From: an uncultured virus (IMG/VR IMGVR_UViG_3300020469_000013)
Taxonomy: Duplodnaviria > Heunggongvirae > Uroviricota > Caudoviricetes > Kyanoviridae
Reading direction: 5' to 3' (one strand)
Length of the DNA: 64,000 bases
IMG/VR virus record: IMGVR_UViG_3300020469_000013
Positions 40,483 to 50,455 of this stretch are shown here, in pieces. Each line of letters starts with the position of its first letter. Positions within the stretch are counted from its first letter, which is position 1. The position numbers and the translations under genes are program-made. The notes under the pieces are model-generated. The model saw nothing but the letters and a program-made list of their open reading frames with translations. It searched no databases and was not told the origin of the DNA.

Positions 40483-41928
40483 ATGTACAACGCAGAACAA
40501 TTAATGGAGAAGTGGGGTCCACTTCTCGATGCTGATGGGGTCGATCCTATTAAGGATTCCCACAGACGATCAACAACGGCGGTTCTCCTTGAAAACCAAG
40601 AGCGTTTTCTAAAAGAACAACAAGCATTTGAAACTGGCAACGGAATGCTTACTGAAGCAGCTCCTACAAACAGTGGTAACGCTGTAGGTGGCTCTGGTGC
40701 ATTCGGTGCAGGATCAGCAGACGCAGGTCCTACTGCAGGTTTCGACCCAGTACTAATTTCATTGATTAGAAGATCAATGCCTAACCTCGTTGCATACGAG
40801 TTAGCAGGTGTTCAACCAATGAACGGTCCTACTGGACTAATCTTTGCAATGAGATCCAGATACACAGATCAGTCTGGAACAGAATCATTCTTCAACGAAC
40901 CAGATTCTGCATTCTCTGCAAACAAAGCAGGAACTAACATCGGTCAGTCAACTCAGGGTAATTACACTGATGCTACTGACGACGACGGTACTGTTGGTTT
41001 CGGTTCAACTGCAACACAGCGTGGAACTAACCCTGCGATACTTGAAGGAACAGCATCTGATGCAGTTCAGTCACAGTATTCAATCGGTCAAGGTATGGCG
41101 ACTGGAGACTCTGAAGCATTAGGTGACGGTGCTAACGGTGACTTCAACGAGATGGCATTCTCCATCGAGAAGGTAACTGTTACTGCTAAGTCTAGAGCAC
41201 TAAAGGCAGAGTACAGCATGGAACTTGCTCAAGACCTTCGTGCAATCCACGGATTGAACGCTGAGGCTGAGTTAGCAAACATACTTTCTTCTGAAATTCT
41301 TGCAGAGATTAACAGAGAAGTTATCAGAACTATCTACAAAACTGCAGAAGCAGGTTCACAGGTCAATGTTGCAAACGCAGGTTTCTTTAACCTAGATGTT
41401 GACTCCAACGGTAGATGGTCAGTTGAGAAGTTCAAAGGACTTCTGTTTAACATCGAAAGAGATGCCAACAGAATCGCACAGAGAACTCGTCGTGGAAAAG
41501 GTAACATCATCCTAACTAGTGCTGATGTAGCATCTGCTCTAACAATGGCTGGTGTACTTGATTACACACCTGCTCTTAACGCTAACCTACAGGTTGACGA
41601 TACTGGTAATACATTTGCTGGTACTATCAACGGTAAGTACAGAGTTTATATCGATCCATTCTCAGCAAACAGTGCTCAGAACCAGTACTATGTTGTTGGT
41701 TATAAAGGAACATCTCCTTATGACGCTGGATTATTCTACTGCCCATATGTACCTCTACAGATGGTCAGAGCCGTGAACGACGGAACCTTCCAACCAAAAA
41801 TTGGATTTAAGACAAGATACGGTCTTGTTTCAAACCCATTTGCTGAAGGAACTGCTCAAGGTCTCGGTAGAATCACATCTAACAGCAACCGTTACTATCA
41901 GAGAACAGTTGTTAAGAACCTTATGTAA
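40483..41928 (+). CDS. gp23: Major capsid protein gp23
   Basis: GVQPM.GPTGLIFAMR, SRALKAEYS.ELAQDL.A.HG, FYCPYVPL, FQPKIGFKTRYG; probable LTE/A maturation site. Confidence 0.98.
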   Translation: MYNAEQLMEKWGPLLDADGVDPIKDSHRRSTTAVLLENQERFLKEQQAFETGNGMLTEAAPTNSGNAVGGSGAFGAGSADAGPTAGFDPVLISLIRRSMPNLVAYELAGVQPMNGPTGLIFAMRSRYTDQSGTESFFNEPDSAFSANKAGTNIGQSTQGNYTDATDDDGTVGFGSTATQRGTNPAILEGTASDAVQSQYSIGQGMATGDSEALGDGANGDFNEMAFSIEKVTVTAKSRALKAEYSMELAQDLRAIHGLNAEAELANILSSEILAEINREVIRTIYKTAEAGSQVNVANAGFFNLDVDSNGRWSVEKFKGLLFNIERDANRIAQRTRRGKGNIILTSADVASALTMAGVLDYTPALNANLQVDDTGNTFAGTINGKYRVYIDPFSANSAQNQYYVVGYKGTSPYDAGLFYCPYVPLQMVRAVNDGTFQPKIGFKTRYGLVSNPFAEGTAQGLGRITSNSNRYYQRTVVKNLM

Positions 41929-41950
41929 GCGAGACGCTTATATATTTCTC

Positions 41951-41979
41951 AAGAGACTCCTTCGGGGGTCTCTTTTTTT
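41951..41979 (+). terminator. Intrinsic terminator with C(UUCG)G tetraloop after gp23
   Basis: AAGAGACTCC-TTCG-GGGGTCTCTT followed by T tract. Confidence 0.92.
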
Positions 41980-41980
41980 A

Positions 41981-41988
41981 TCTAAATA
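41981..41988 (+). promoter_or_regulatory. Late promoter variant TCTAAATA for gp3
   Basis: Immediately after terminator, 26 nt before start. Confidence 0.65.
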
Positions 41989-42014
41989 TGTAATATGGAG
42001 ACCTGTCTGAACTA

Positions 42015-42551
42015 ATGTCCAATTCGTTTTTTGCCAAACAAGTTACAAATAAGAACTATTTGTCTCCTGTTGGTTTTAAATTTAATATAGTTAAAACCCC
42101 TAAGGTTGATTTCTTTTCTAATAGTGCGAAGATACCTGGTATAACTTTACCTACACCTGAGATCGGAAACTATCTAAAAAAGATTGAGTTGCCTGGCGAC
42201 AACATACAATTTGAAGATTTAACTTTAGATTTTATTGTAGATGAAAACTTAGAAAATTATTTGGAAGTACATAACTGGATCTATGGTTTAGGTTATCCAG
42301 AAAGTATTGATGAGTTTCAAGAGTTGATTACGATGCCAGATGGATCTAGAGATGTTAAACAGCAATTTAGTGATGGTACATTATCAATTTTGAATAGCAA
42401 TTTTAATGTAAGCACTCGTGTAAAATTTAGAGATTTATTCCCAATATCATTGTCATCACTAGAATTTACTGCCACCGAAAACGATTATACATACTTTACA
42501 GCTACTGCAACATTTAAGTATCTGTTCTATACGATTGAAGTTGACAATTAA
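42015..42551 (+). CDS. gp3: Tail tube terminator/completion protein gp3
   Basis: N.LSP.GFKF, IPGI, F.VDE.LENY.E..NW, F.DLFP.SLS. Confidence 0.85.
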   Translation: MSNSFFAKQVTNKNYLSPVGFKFNIVKTPKVDFFSNSAKIPGITLPTPEIGNYLKKIELPGDNIQFEDLTLDFIVDENLENYLEVHNWIYGLGYPESIDEFQELITMPDGSRDVKQQFSDGTLSILNSNFNVSTRVKFRDLFPISLSSLEFTATENDYTYFTATATFKYLFYTIEVDN

Positions 42552-42554
42552 TTT

Positions 42555-42980
42555 ATGAATCTTGAAACTATACAAAGTATGTGGTCGAAAGACGCACAGA
42601 TTGATCAAGACAATTTACATGACGAGGCAGCAAAGATACCATCTCTTCATGCAAAGTATTTTGACCTGTATAATAATATAAAATTACTTAGAGAAAGATC
42701 TTTAACGGTAGATAATAAGGTTCGTTTAGAAAGATGGAATTATTACTCAGGAAAATCCGACCCTGAAGTGTATCAGGCCGAACCATTTCCGTATAAAGTT
42801 AGAGAGAAAGATGCAATAAAAAGATATATGGATGCTGATGAGAAGGTACAGCAGTCTACTTTAAAAATTAGATACTATGATGTAATGCTTACCTATCTTG
42901 AGGATATAATTAAACAGGTAGGGAACAGAAGTTATCAGTTAAAAAATATTATTGATTGGCACAACTTCCGATCTGGATAA
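42555..42980 (+). CDS. uvsY: Recombination mediator UvsY
   Basis: W.KD..ID, IPSLHAKY, YYSGK, R.YQ.KN.I.W; precedes uvsW. Confidence 0.9.
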   Translation: MNLETIQSMWSKDAQIDQDNLHDEAAKIPSLHAKYFDLYNNIKLLRERSLTVDNKVRLERWNYYSGKSDPEVYQAEPFPYKVREKDAIKRYMDADEKVQQSTLKIRYYDVMLTYLEDIIKQVGNRSYQLKNIIDWHNFRSG

Positions 42981-42982
42981 TC

Positions 42983-44452
42983 ATGAGCAAACTTGTTATC
43001 TCCAAAAAGAATGAGGTCTTCCTAAAGATCCAGTCTGAACCACATGTGTATCAAGAACTGTCAGATCATTTTTCATTTGACATAGAAGGAGCACAATACA
43101 TGAAGCAGTATCGGAAACGATATTGGGATGGTAAAATTCGTTTGTTCTCAACTCATACTAGAGAGTTGTATGTTGGGTTGTTAGATAAATTAGTTTCGTT
43201 TTGTGATAGACATGGATATGAATATGAATTTATTGATAGTAAATTTTTTGGTACTCCTTATGAAGAGAATGAACTAATATCAATGGAAGGTGTTAAAGAA
43301 TATATTACTCGGATATCAAGTCATCGCCCAAGGAAATACCAAGTGGAGGGAGTATACGATGCTCTAAGACACAATAGAAGGTTAGTGATATCGCCCACTG
43401 CCTCTGGCAAGTCTTTGATGATTTACTCAGTAGTTCGTTACTTTGCAGAACGAAAGAAAAATATTCTGATAGTTGTTCCAACGACATCTCTGGTAGAGCA
43501 GATGCATAAAGACTTCTCGGAATATGGATGGGATGCTGATTCATATTGTCAAAGGATATACGCAGGAAGAGATAAAGAACCTAGTGCTCCAGTTGTTATT
43601 ACTACCTGGCAATCTATCTATAAACTAGAGAAAAAGTACTTTGAAAGGTTTGAAGTTGTGATAGGAGATGAAGCACATTTGTTCAAGGCAAAATCATTGA
43701 CACAAATCATGACAAAACTTCATTTAGCGAAATATAGATTTGGTTTCACTGGAACACTTAGTGGTACACAAACACATAAGTGGGTACTTGAAGGCTTGTT
43801 TGGTCCTTCTTACAAGGTAGTCCGTACTGATGAGTTAATGGACAAAGGTTATCTTGCAAGATTACAAGCAAAAATTCTTTTGTTAAAACATGATGAGATA
43901 AAATTTTCTAACTATCAAGATGAGATAGATTATTTGATTAGTAATGATCGTAGAAATAATTTCATTAAAAATCTAGCATTAGATCTAAAAGGAAACACTT
44001 TAATTCTTTTTGCTAGGGTAGAAAACCACGGACAAATACTTTTTGATAAGATAAATAATGACAAGGAAGAAAACCAAAAAGTTTTTTTCATACACGGAGG
44101 TGTAGATGTTGAAGAAAGGGAAGAAGTTCGTGAAATTGCAGAGACGGAAAGCAATGCAGTCATCGTTGCCTCTTACGGCACCTTCTCAACTGGAATTAAC
44201 ATTAGGAACCTTCACAATGTTATCTTTGCCTCACCGTCAAAATCAAGGATAAGAAACCTACAATCAATTGGTAGGGTTCTCCGTAAAGGACAAAACAAAT
44301 TTAGTGCAACTCTATATGATATAGCAGATGATTGCACTCATTTATCAAATAGAAATTACACATTGAATCATCTCATCGAAAGAATCAAAATCTATAAAGA
44401 AGAAAATTTTAACTATGATATGATAACTATTAACTTTAGGAGTAAGTCATGA
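42983..44452 (+). CDS. uvsW: SF2 helicase UvsW
   Basis: SPTASGKS, DEAH, GFTGT, QSIGRVLR. Confidence 0.95.
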   Translation: MSKLVISKKNEVFLKIQSEPHVYQELSDHFSFDIEGAQYMKQYRKRYWDGKIRLFSTHTRELYVGLLDKLVSFCDRHGYEYEFIDSKFFGTPYEENELISMEGVKEYITRISSHRPRKYQVEGVYDALRHNRRLVISPTASGKSLMIYSVVRYFAERKKNILIVVPTTSLVEQMHKDFSEYGWDADSYCQRIYAGRDKEPSAPVVITTWQSIYKLEKKYFERFEVVIGDEAHLFKAKSLTQIMTKLHLAKYRFGFTGTLSGTQTHKWVLEGLFGPSYKVVRTDELMDKGYLARLQAKILLLKHDEIKFSNYQDEIDYLISNDRRNNFIKNLALDLKGNTLILFARVENHGQILFDKINNDKEENQKVFFIHGGVDVEEREEVREIAETESNAVIVASYGTFSTGINIRNLHNVIFASPSKSRIRNLQSIGRVLRKGQNKFSATLYDIADDCTHLSNRNYTLNHLIERIKIYKEENFNYDMITINFRSKS

Positions 44453-44904
44453 TAGAAACCGAAGAAGACTTTTATAGCACTATTAAACTAGTTACTGGGG
44501 AAGAAGTATTTGCCATAGTAAGTACTGATCCTGAAACTCCTGAGACATTAATCCTTCAAGACCCAGTTGTAATACAAGTTATTCACGGAGCAAGAGGTTC
44601 GTTTGTAAGAGTAGAACCTTGGTTACACATACCTAATGATGATTTTTATTTTATAAATTTCAACAAAGTTGTTACAATGACTGAGATAGATGAAGATCAC
44701 GATATGATCGAATACTATTTAAACTATTTGGCAGAGAAATTAGAACAGAAGTATGGTCCTATATTTAAAAATGGTAAAAAAATTCGTCCCTCGGAAAAAA
44801 TGGGGTACAAAGGAACTGTTAAAGATGCTAAGAAAAAATTAGAAAATATATTTGCTCTAGATGCTCAAGAAAATAAGTCAGTAGGAATAGCAACAGATAC
44901 TTAA
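44449..44904 (+). CDS. Conserved hypothetical (Sm-like fold) protein
   Basis: IKLVTGEEV..V, L..P, V.PW; usual slot between uvsW and gp55. Confidence 0.7.
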   Translation: MIETEEDFYSTIKLVTGEEVFAIVSTDPETPETLILQDPVVIQVIHGARGSFVRVEPWLHIPNDDFYFINFNKVVTMTEIDEDHDMIEYYLNYLAEKLEQKYGPIFKNGKKIRPSEKMGYKGTVKDAKKKLENIFALDAQENKSVGIATDT

Positions 44905-44947
44905 ATACAATCCTTCTGAACTTTGACAAAGTTATTGTAAACGGTAT

Positions 44948-44975
44948 TTGAACTTTTGTCAAGCTGTGCTATAAT
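44948..44975 (+). promoter_or_regulatory. Sigma70-type promoter for gp55 operon (TTGAAC-16-TATAAT, extended -10 TG)
   Basis: TGcTATAAT at 44967-44975 in intergenic gap. Confidence 0.65.
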
Positions 44976-44996
44976 ATCCTTATACAGATAAGAACT

Positions 44997-45473
44997 ATGC
45001 CACGCAAAAGATCGGATCATTATGTCAATAATAAAGAACTTCTAGAGGCAATGGTAGTCTATAGAAATAAGTGTGCTATTGCAAAAGAGAAAGGTATAGA
45101 TCCACCATTGATTAGTAATTACTTGGGTGATTGTTTTTTAAAGATCGCAACTCATTTGTCGTATAAACCGAACTTTGTAAACTATATGTTTAGAGAAGAC
45201 ATGATTGGTGACGGTATAGAGAATTGTGTCCAATACATCCATAATTTCAATCCAGAGAAGTCAAAGAATCCTTTTGCATACTTTACACAGATTATCTATT
45301 ACGCTTTCCTGAGACGCATACAGAAGGAGAAGAAGCAGTTGGAGATAAAGACTAAGATTATAGAAAGGACTGGGTACGATCAGGTCATGGTTGTAGAAGA
45401 GGGTGCAGGAGGTAGTGCTTCAGACTATAATACTATTAAAGATAACATCCAGTATAGAAATAACAATAGATGA
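44997..45473 (+). CDS. gp55: Late-transcription sigma factor gp55
   Basis: HYVNNKE, LSYKPNF.NY, MI.DGIENC, NPFAYFTQI.YYAFLRRI.KEK. Confidence 0.95.
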   Translation: MPRKRSDHYVNNKELLEAMVVYRNKCAIAKEKGIDPPLISNYLGDCFLKIATHLSYKPNFVNYMFREDMIGDGIENCVQYIHNFNPEKSKNPFAYFTQIIYYAFLRRIQKEKKQLEIKTKIIERTGYDQVMVVEEGAGGSASDYNTIKDNIQYRNNNR

Positions 45474-46399
45474 GAGACTTAGTTTTGTTTGGGGATTGTT
45501 TAGATACCCTAAAAGAATTTGATGAGAAACCTAGGATGTGTGTTACATCTCCTCCTTACTATGGTCTAAGAGACTATGGTGGCGAGGGCGATCAGATAGG
45601 ATTGGAATCAACTCCAGAAGAGTACATTCAAAAACTAGTAGAGATATTTCGAGAGGTAAGAAATATTTTAACAGATGACGGTACACTGTGGTTGAACATA
45701 GGAGATTCATACTACAACTACAGACCTGGTACTGGAGGATTACCTAAACAAACTGTTAGTAGAACTAATCAAGATTTACCAGAGAATTGTAATAGAAGAG
45801 CAAATAAACTAGAAGGACTAAAAGAGAAAGATCTTATTGGCATTCCTTGGATGCTTGCATTTGCATTAAGAGCAGATGGATGGTATCTTAGACAAGACAT
45901 CATTTGGCACAAACCTAATCCAATGCCAGAAAGTATGAAGGATAGATGTACAAAATCACATGAATACATTTTCCTTTTAAGCAAAAACAAAAAGTATTTT
46001 TATGACAATGAAGCAATTAAAGAACCAGCAAAAGATTGGGGTACAAGAGATCGTACTAAAGGTAAGTATCATAATCCTGGCACTGGCTTGGTTCCCCATA
46101 GTGGGTTGGCAAAGTCTTACCCTACAAAAAATAAGCGGTCTGTTTGGTCAATAACTAACAAACCATATAAAGGAGCACACTTTGCTGTATTCCCACCTGA
46201 CTTAATCGAACCTTGCATCAAAGCAGGGAGTGAGAAAGGTGATCTTGTTCTTGATCCATTCATGGGATCTGGAACCACTGCTATGGTTGCTAAGAAACTA
46301 GGTAGAGACTACATTGGTTGTGAACTACATGAGGGTTATGGTAATCTAATAGAAGATAGAGTTAATTCTAGACAAGGTACATTGGAGAAATTCTTATGA
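45470..46399 (+). CDS. DNA amino-methyltransferase, beta class (probable N4-cytosine)
   Basis: Motif IV TSPPY precedes motif I DPFMGSGTT; KDLIGIPW.LAFAL..DGWYLR.DIIW.KPN. Confidence 0.92.
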   Translation: MRDLVLFGDCLDTLKEFDEKPRMCVTSPPYYGLRDYGGEGDQIGLESTPEEYIQKLVEIFREVRNILTDDGTLWLNIGDSYYNYRPGTGGLPKQTVSRTNQDLPENCNRRANKLEGLKEKDLIGIPWMLAFALRADGWYLRQDIIWHKPNPMPESMKDRCTKSHEYIFLLSKNKKYFYDNEAIKEPAKDWGTRDRTKGKYHNPGTGLVPHSGLAKSYPTKNKRSVWSITNKPYKGAHFAVFPPDLIEPCIKAGSEKGDLVLDPFMGSGTTAMVAKKLGRDYIGCELHEGYGNLIEDRVNSRQGTLEKFL

Positions 46400-46794
46400 C
46401 AAACTTTAATCCAAGAGGAATCTTTGAGGATTGTGAAGTGTTAACCCAACAAGTAACGATGGGTGTAACTGAAGCAATGAATCATTATGCTAAGGAAGGT
46501 TATATACCTTTTATTCCTACACCCGATGCTCAATGTGATGTAGATTTTCTTGCATATCATCCTATCAAGGGTAATATTATTAAAGTGCAAGTTAAGACTA
46601 CTACTTATGTTAGAAATGGTAAACATATTGTTGCTTTAAAAAGTGGCAATGAAGGTAAAGGTAATAGAAAAGTAGCAACAGATTTTGATGAATTATTTGC
46701 TTTAAATTCTGCTGGTCAAACACAAGTTATATCTTATGATGATATTGCAGGTCGTTCAACTCAAGTTACTATGAAGGAGTGTAAATTCTTATGA
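46396..46794 (+). CDS. Small PD-(D/E)XK nuclease-like protein
   Basis: GY.PFIP....DVDFL....KVQVKT and downstream DFD.LF pattern. Confidence 0.7.
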   Translation: MTNFNPRGIFEDCEVLTQQVTMGVTEAMNHYAKEGYIPFIPTPDAQCDVDFLAYHPIKGNIIKVQVKTTTYVRNGKHIVALKSGNEGKGNRKVATDFDELFALNSAGQTQVISYDDIAGRSTQVTMKECKFL

Positions 46795-47843
46795 AGATAG
46801 CAATTATAACTGATCAACATTTTGGTGCTAGAAAAGGTAGTGTATTATTCCATGAGTATTTTCAAAAATTTTATGAAGACATTTTTTTCCCTGCGATTGC
46901 TAGAGAAGGCATCACAACTCTTATCGATATGGGAGACACTTTCGACAATAGGAGGAACATTGATCTCTGGTCTCTCAAATGGGCTAAAGAAAATTACTTC
47001 GATAGGTTGCGAGATATGGGAGTTGCTGTATACTCTATTGTTGGGAATCACACTGCGTACTACAAAAATAACAACACAGTTAACACAATTGATTTACTTT
47101 TACGAGAGTATAATAATATTGTTACTATCAGAGACTTTGCTGAATATACAATTGGAGGTACCAAGTTTGCATTTCTCGCTTGGATAAACAAAGAGAATGA
47201 AAAAGCAATGACTAAAAAGATCAAAGCATCTAAAGCAAAAGTTGCTTGTGGTCATCTAGAGTTGAATGGTTTTTCTCCATACAAAGGATTTGAACAAACA
47301 AGAGGACAGGATATAGAACACTTACAGAAATTTGATAGAGTCTTTAGTGGACATTATCATACTCGTAGTAATGATGGTCAGGTATTTTATCTTGGTAATC
47401 CGTATGAAATGTATTGGAATGATGTGGAAGATGATAGAGGATTTCATTTCTTTGATACTGAAACTTATGAGTTAGAACCAGTTAATAATCCTTATCGTAT
47501 GTTTTATAATGTTTATTATAACGATACACCATACCAAACATTTGATAGTAGAGAACTAGAAGGAAAGATAGTGAAAGTAATTGTTCAGACTAAAACTGAT
47601 CCAAAATCATTTGAAAGGTTTATCGATAAGATTCAATCTTCTAATGTTGAAGAATTAAAAATTGTTGAAAACTTTGACTATAATAATGGTTGGTTGCATG
47701 GTGATGATGATGTGGATATTAGTGAGGAAAATACTTTATCAATATTAAATACATACATTGATGAGTCTGAAGATCCTTTAGATAAATCCAGAGCAAAGGA
47801 TATGTTTAAAACATTATATGCTAAAGCCTCAGAAGTTGAGTAA
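46791..47843 (+). CDS. gp47: Recombination nuclease gp47 (Mre11-like)
   Basis: TDQHFG, GDTFD, GNH, GHYH phosphoesterase motifs. Confidence 0.95.
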   Translation: MKIAIITDQHFGARKGSVLFHEYFQKFYEDIFFPAIAREGITTLIDMGDTFDNRRNIDLWSLKWAKENYFDRLRDMGVAVYSIVGNHTAYYKNNNTVNTIDLLLREYNNIVTIRDFAEYTIGGTKFAFLAWINKENEKAMTKKIKASKAKVACGHLELNGFSPYKGFEQTRGQDIEHLQKFDRVFSGHYHTRSNDGQVFYLGNPYEMYWNDVEDDRGFHFFDTETYELEPVNNPYRMFYNVYYNDTPYQTFDSRELEGKIVKVIVQTKTDPKSFERFIDKIQSSNVEELKIVENFDYNNGWLHGDDDVDISEENTLSILNTYIDESEDPLDKSRAKDMFKTLYAKASEVE

Positions 47844-48115
47844 TGTATTTGCTAACATCAGAATTACAAACAAAAGAGGGTGCTTATGCTGTAAAGGATA
47901 AGTCTGGAGATAAGGTCTTGTTCATTTTTGAAAAAGAAGATGATGCAGAAAGATACTCATCCCAGTTGCTTTCGGATCATGGAGTCCACATGCAGGTTAT
48001 AGAAATTGATGAGGCTATTGCAATTTCTGCTTGTGAGAGGTATAATTATAAGTACACTGTAATTACACCTAACGATATCGTTGTACCACCACCACTAGAG
48101 GATGATAAAATTTGA
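47843..48115 (+). CDS. Conserved hypothetical protein
   Basis: EGAYAV..LF.FE..DDAERY, ITP.DIV.PP; TAATG overlap. Confidence 0.75.
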   Translation: MYLLTSELQTKEGAYAVKDKSGDKVLFIFEKEDDAERYSSQLLSDHGVHMQVIEIDEAIAISACERYNYKYTVITPNDIVVPPPLEDDKI

Positions 48116-49832
48116 GAAAGTTCGTTGGAAAAATTTCCTGAGTACAGGAGACCAATGGACTAATATACAACTTGATAAGACTGGAACCACTCTCGTGGTA
48201 GGAGCAAATGGTGCAGGAAAATCTACTCTACTAGATGCCCTGTGTTTTGTTTTGTTTAATAAACCTTATAGAAGAATTACTAAACTTCAAATGGTTAATA
48301 GTTCTAACGAGAAAGGAACTTTAGTAGAAGTTGATTTTAAAATAGGAACTAAACAATATCTTGTTCGTCGTGGTATCAAACCAAATATATTTGATATAGA
48401 AATCAATGGTGAGATGCGAAACAAAGAGGCAGATGATAGAATCAATCAAAAGATATTAGAAGATCATATACTAAAATTAAATTATAAATCATTCACTCAA
48501 ATTGTAATATTAGGTAGTAGTAATTTTATTCCTTTTATGCAATTATCTCTTTCTCATCGTAGAGAGGTGATTGAAGATCTGTTAGATATTAAAATTTTCT
48601 CAGCAATGTGGAATCTTGTTAAGGAAAAAATAAAAGATATCAGAGACGAAGTTAAAGTATTAAATGGGAAGAAGGATAATATAAAAGAAAAGATATTTAT
48701 GCAAGAAGAATTTTTAAAAGAGTTGCAGGATAGGGGTGAAAAAAGTATAGAAAAAAATGAAGGAAAGATTACAAAAATTAATTTAGAAGTTGATAAATTA
48801 CTTAATGAAAATACAGGAATTGATGAAGAAATTATTAAGAAAAATAAAGAACTAGTAGATGTAAGTGAATCTCCAAAACGGTTGAAAACACTAGGAAACT
48901 TAAAGATTAAGTTAACTGAAAAGGTATCTGTTATTACAAAGGAACATAAGTTCTTTACCGATAATGTGACATGCCCAACCTGTACACAATCTATAGAAGA
49001 AAACTTTCGTCTAAATAAAATCGAAGACGCTCAAAATAGAGCAAAGGAACTCAGAGACGGCTATCAAAAGCTTGAGGAGTCGATAAAAGAAGAAACAGAG
49101 AGAGAGCGTCTTTTTCTCACACTTTCCAAGGAGATTACGAATCTAACGCATGGCATTTCTCAGAACAATGTTCGCATTACTGGATACCAAAGACAGACAG
49201 GAGATTTACAACAAGAAATTCAAACTATTGCCAAACAACTTCAAGGTAGAAATTCTGAACATGAGAAACTAAAAAGATTCGAGAACGATCTTCAAACAAT
49301 ATTTGACGAACTCGTAGATAAAAAAGAAGAAATAAAATATCAAGACTTTGCATTCTCACTTCTTAGAGATGGTGGAGTAAAGTCTAAGATTATCAAAAAA
49401 TATTTACCTCTAATTAATCAGCAAGTCAATCGTTACTTGCAGATGATGGATTTCTATATTAATTTTAAATTGGATGAAGAGTTTACTGAAACTGTTCAGA
49501 GTCCAGTTCATGATAAATTTACATATTCATCTTTCTCAGAGGGAGAAAAAATGCGTATTGACTTAGCACTTCTATTTGCTTGGAGAGAGGTTGCTAGGTT
49601 TAAAAATTCTGCAAATACAAATCTTCTTATACTTGATGAGGTATTTGATTCATCACTAGATAGTGTAGGTACAGAAGAATTTAATAAGATAATAAGATAT
49701 GTTATTGCTGACTCAAATGTATTTGTAATTTCCCATAAGATTGATATGCTAGATAAGTTTAATACTGTGATAGAATTTACTAAGAAGGGTGGGTTCTCTT
49801 ACATGTCCAGCAAGTCTCTAGTTGAAGGTTAA
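48102..49832 (+). CDS. gp46: Recombination ATPase gp46 (Rad50-like)
   Basis: GANGAGKST, CPTC hook, FSEGEK, LILDE, ISH. Confidence 0.96.
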   Translation: MIKFEKVRWKNFLSTGDQWTNIQLDKTGTTLVVGANGAGKSTLLDALCFVLFNKPYRRITKLQMVNSSNEKGTLVEVDFKIGTKQYLVRRGIKPNIFDIEINGEMRNKEADDRINQKILEDHILKLNYKSFTQIVILGSSNFIPFMQLSLSHRREVIEDLLDIKIFSAMWNLVKEKIKDIRDEVKVLNGKKDNIKEKIFMQEEFLKELQDRGEKSIEKNEGKITKINLEVDKLLNENTGIDEEIIKKNKELVDVSESPKRLKTLGNLKIKLTEKVSVITKEHKFFTDNVTCPTCTQSIEENFRLNKIEDAQNRAKELRDGYQKLEESIKEETERERLFLTLSKEITNLTHGISQNNVRITGYQRQTGDLQQEIQTIAKQLQGRNSEHEKLKRFENDLQTIFDELVDKKEEIKYQDFAFSLLRDGGVKSKIIKKYLPLINQQVNRYLQMMDFYINFKLDEEFTETVQSPVHDKFTYSSFSEGEKMRIDLALLFAWREVARFKNSANTNLLILDEVFDSSLDSVGTEEFNKIIRYVIADSNVFVISHKIDMLDKFNTVIEFTKKGGFSYMSSKSLVEG

Positions 49833-49834
49833 TT

Positions 49835-50374
49835 ATGAAAGAAGCATACATTGCTAAGAATGTTTTAGATTATACAGAGATCAAACAGGTCTATGATCAT
49901 TTGATGAACAATCCATGTTGGCATATTGGTGGTGGTTATGCTAATGCAGATAATCCACAACTAGCATACCCTAGGTTTGTTGCAAAAGATCCTACTGGAA
50001 TTCATTCAGAATTTATTGCTGCATATATGATTGCAACGATGGTCAATGTTAAACAGAAGATCAGAGATAAATATGGTTTTGAACTACCTACACATGATGT
50101 AGAGTCTGTAGTTTTTAATGCTCAAAGGAAAGGAAACATTCCTTTATTCCATACTGATGGTACTGCAGATAAGAAATATAATTGGAGTATCATTGGATTC
50201 ATGACTCCACAATGGGATAAGTCTTGGGGTGGAGAATTGCAAATCCAAGAAGAGACTTTTACTTTTGAACCTGGTGATTTTATAGCATTCAAATCTACTG
50301 AACTACATGATGCCATGCCTATACTAGTAGACACACCATTTTATAGATTAACCTGTGCATGCATGATACCATGA
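49835..50374 (+). CDS. 2OG-Fe(II) oxygenase (prolyl-hydroxylase-like)
   Basis: HTD...W...WGGEL...F.S..LH...R. Confidence 0.8.
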   Translation: MKEAYIAKNVLDYTEIKQVYDHLMNNPCWHIGGGYANADNPQLAYPRFVAKDPTGIHSEFIAAYMIATMVNVKQKIRDKYGFELPTHDVESVVFNAQRKGNIPLFHTDGTADKKYNWSIIGFMTPQWDKSWGGELQIQEETFTFEPGDFIAFKSTELHDAMPILVDTPFYRLTCACMIP

Positions 50375-50375
50375 T

Positions 50376-50455
50376 GTGACAGTTTACAAAGTGTCCACTG
50401 GAGGGTTTTTACCCTCTTTTTTATTGCTATAATGATACTATACAAGACGAGACAC
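50376..50455 (+). promoter_or_regulatory. Putative early promoter element, copy 1 (ACAAAGTGTCCACT box, hairpin/terminator, TGcTATAAT)
   Basis: TATAAT at 50428-50433; architecture repeated at 52672. Confidence 0.75.

Noticed and set aside
30475..49832. Introns or inteins in gp17, gp20, gp23, uvsW, gp47, gp46
   Set aside because: Frames are continuous, lengths ordinary, no intein or LAGLIDADG/HNH insert seen
50432..50455. ORF-track start of the vWA protein at 50432
   Set aside because: ATG overlaps the TATAAT box; 50456 fits the shared leader motif
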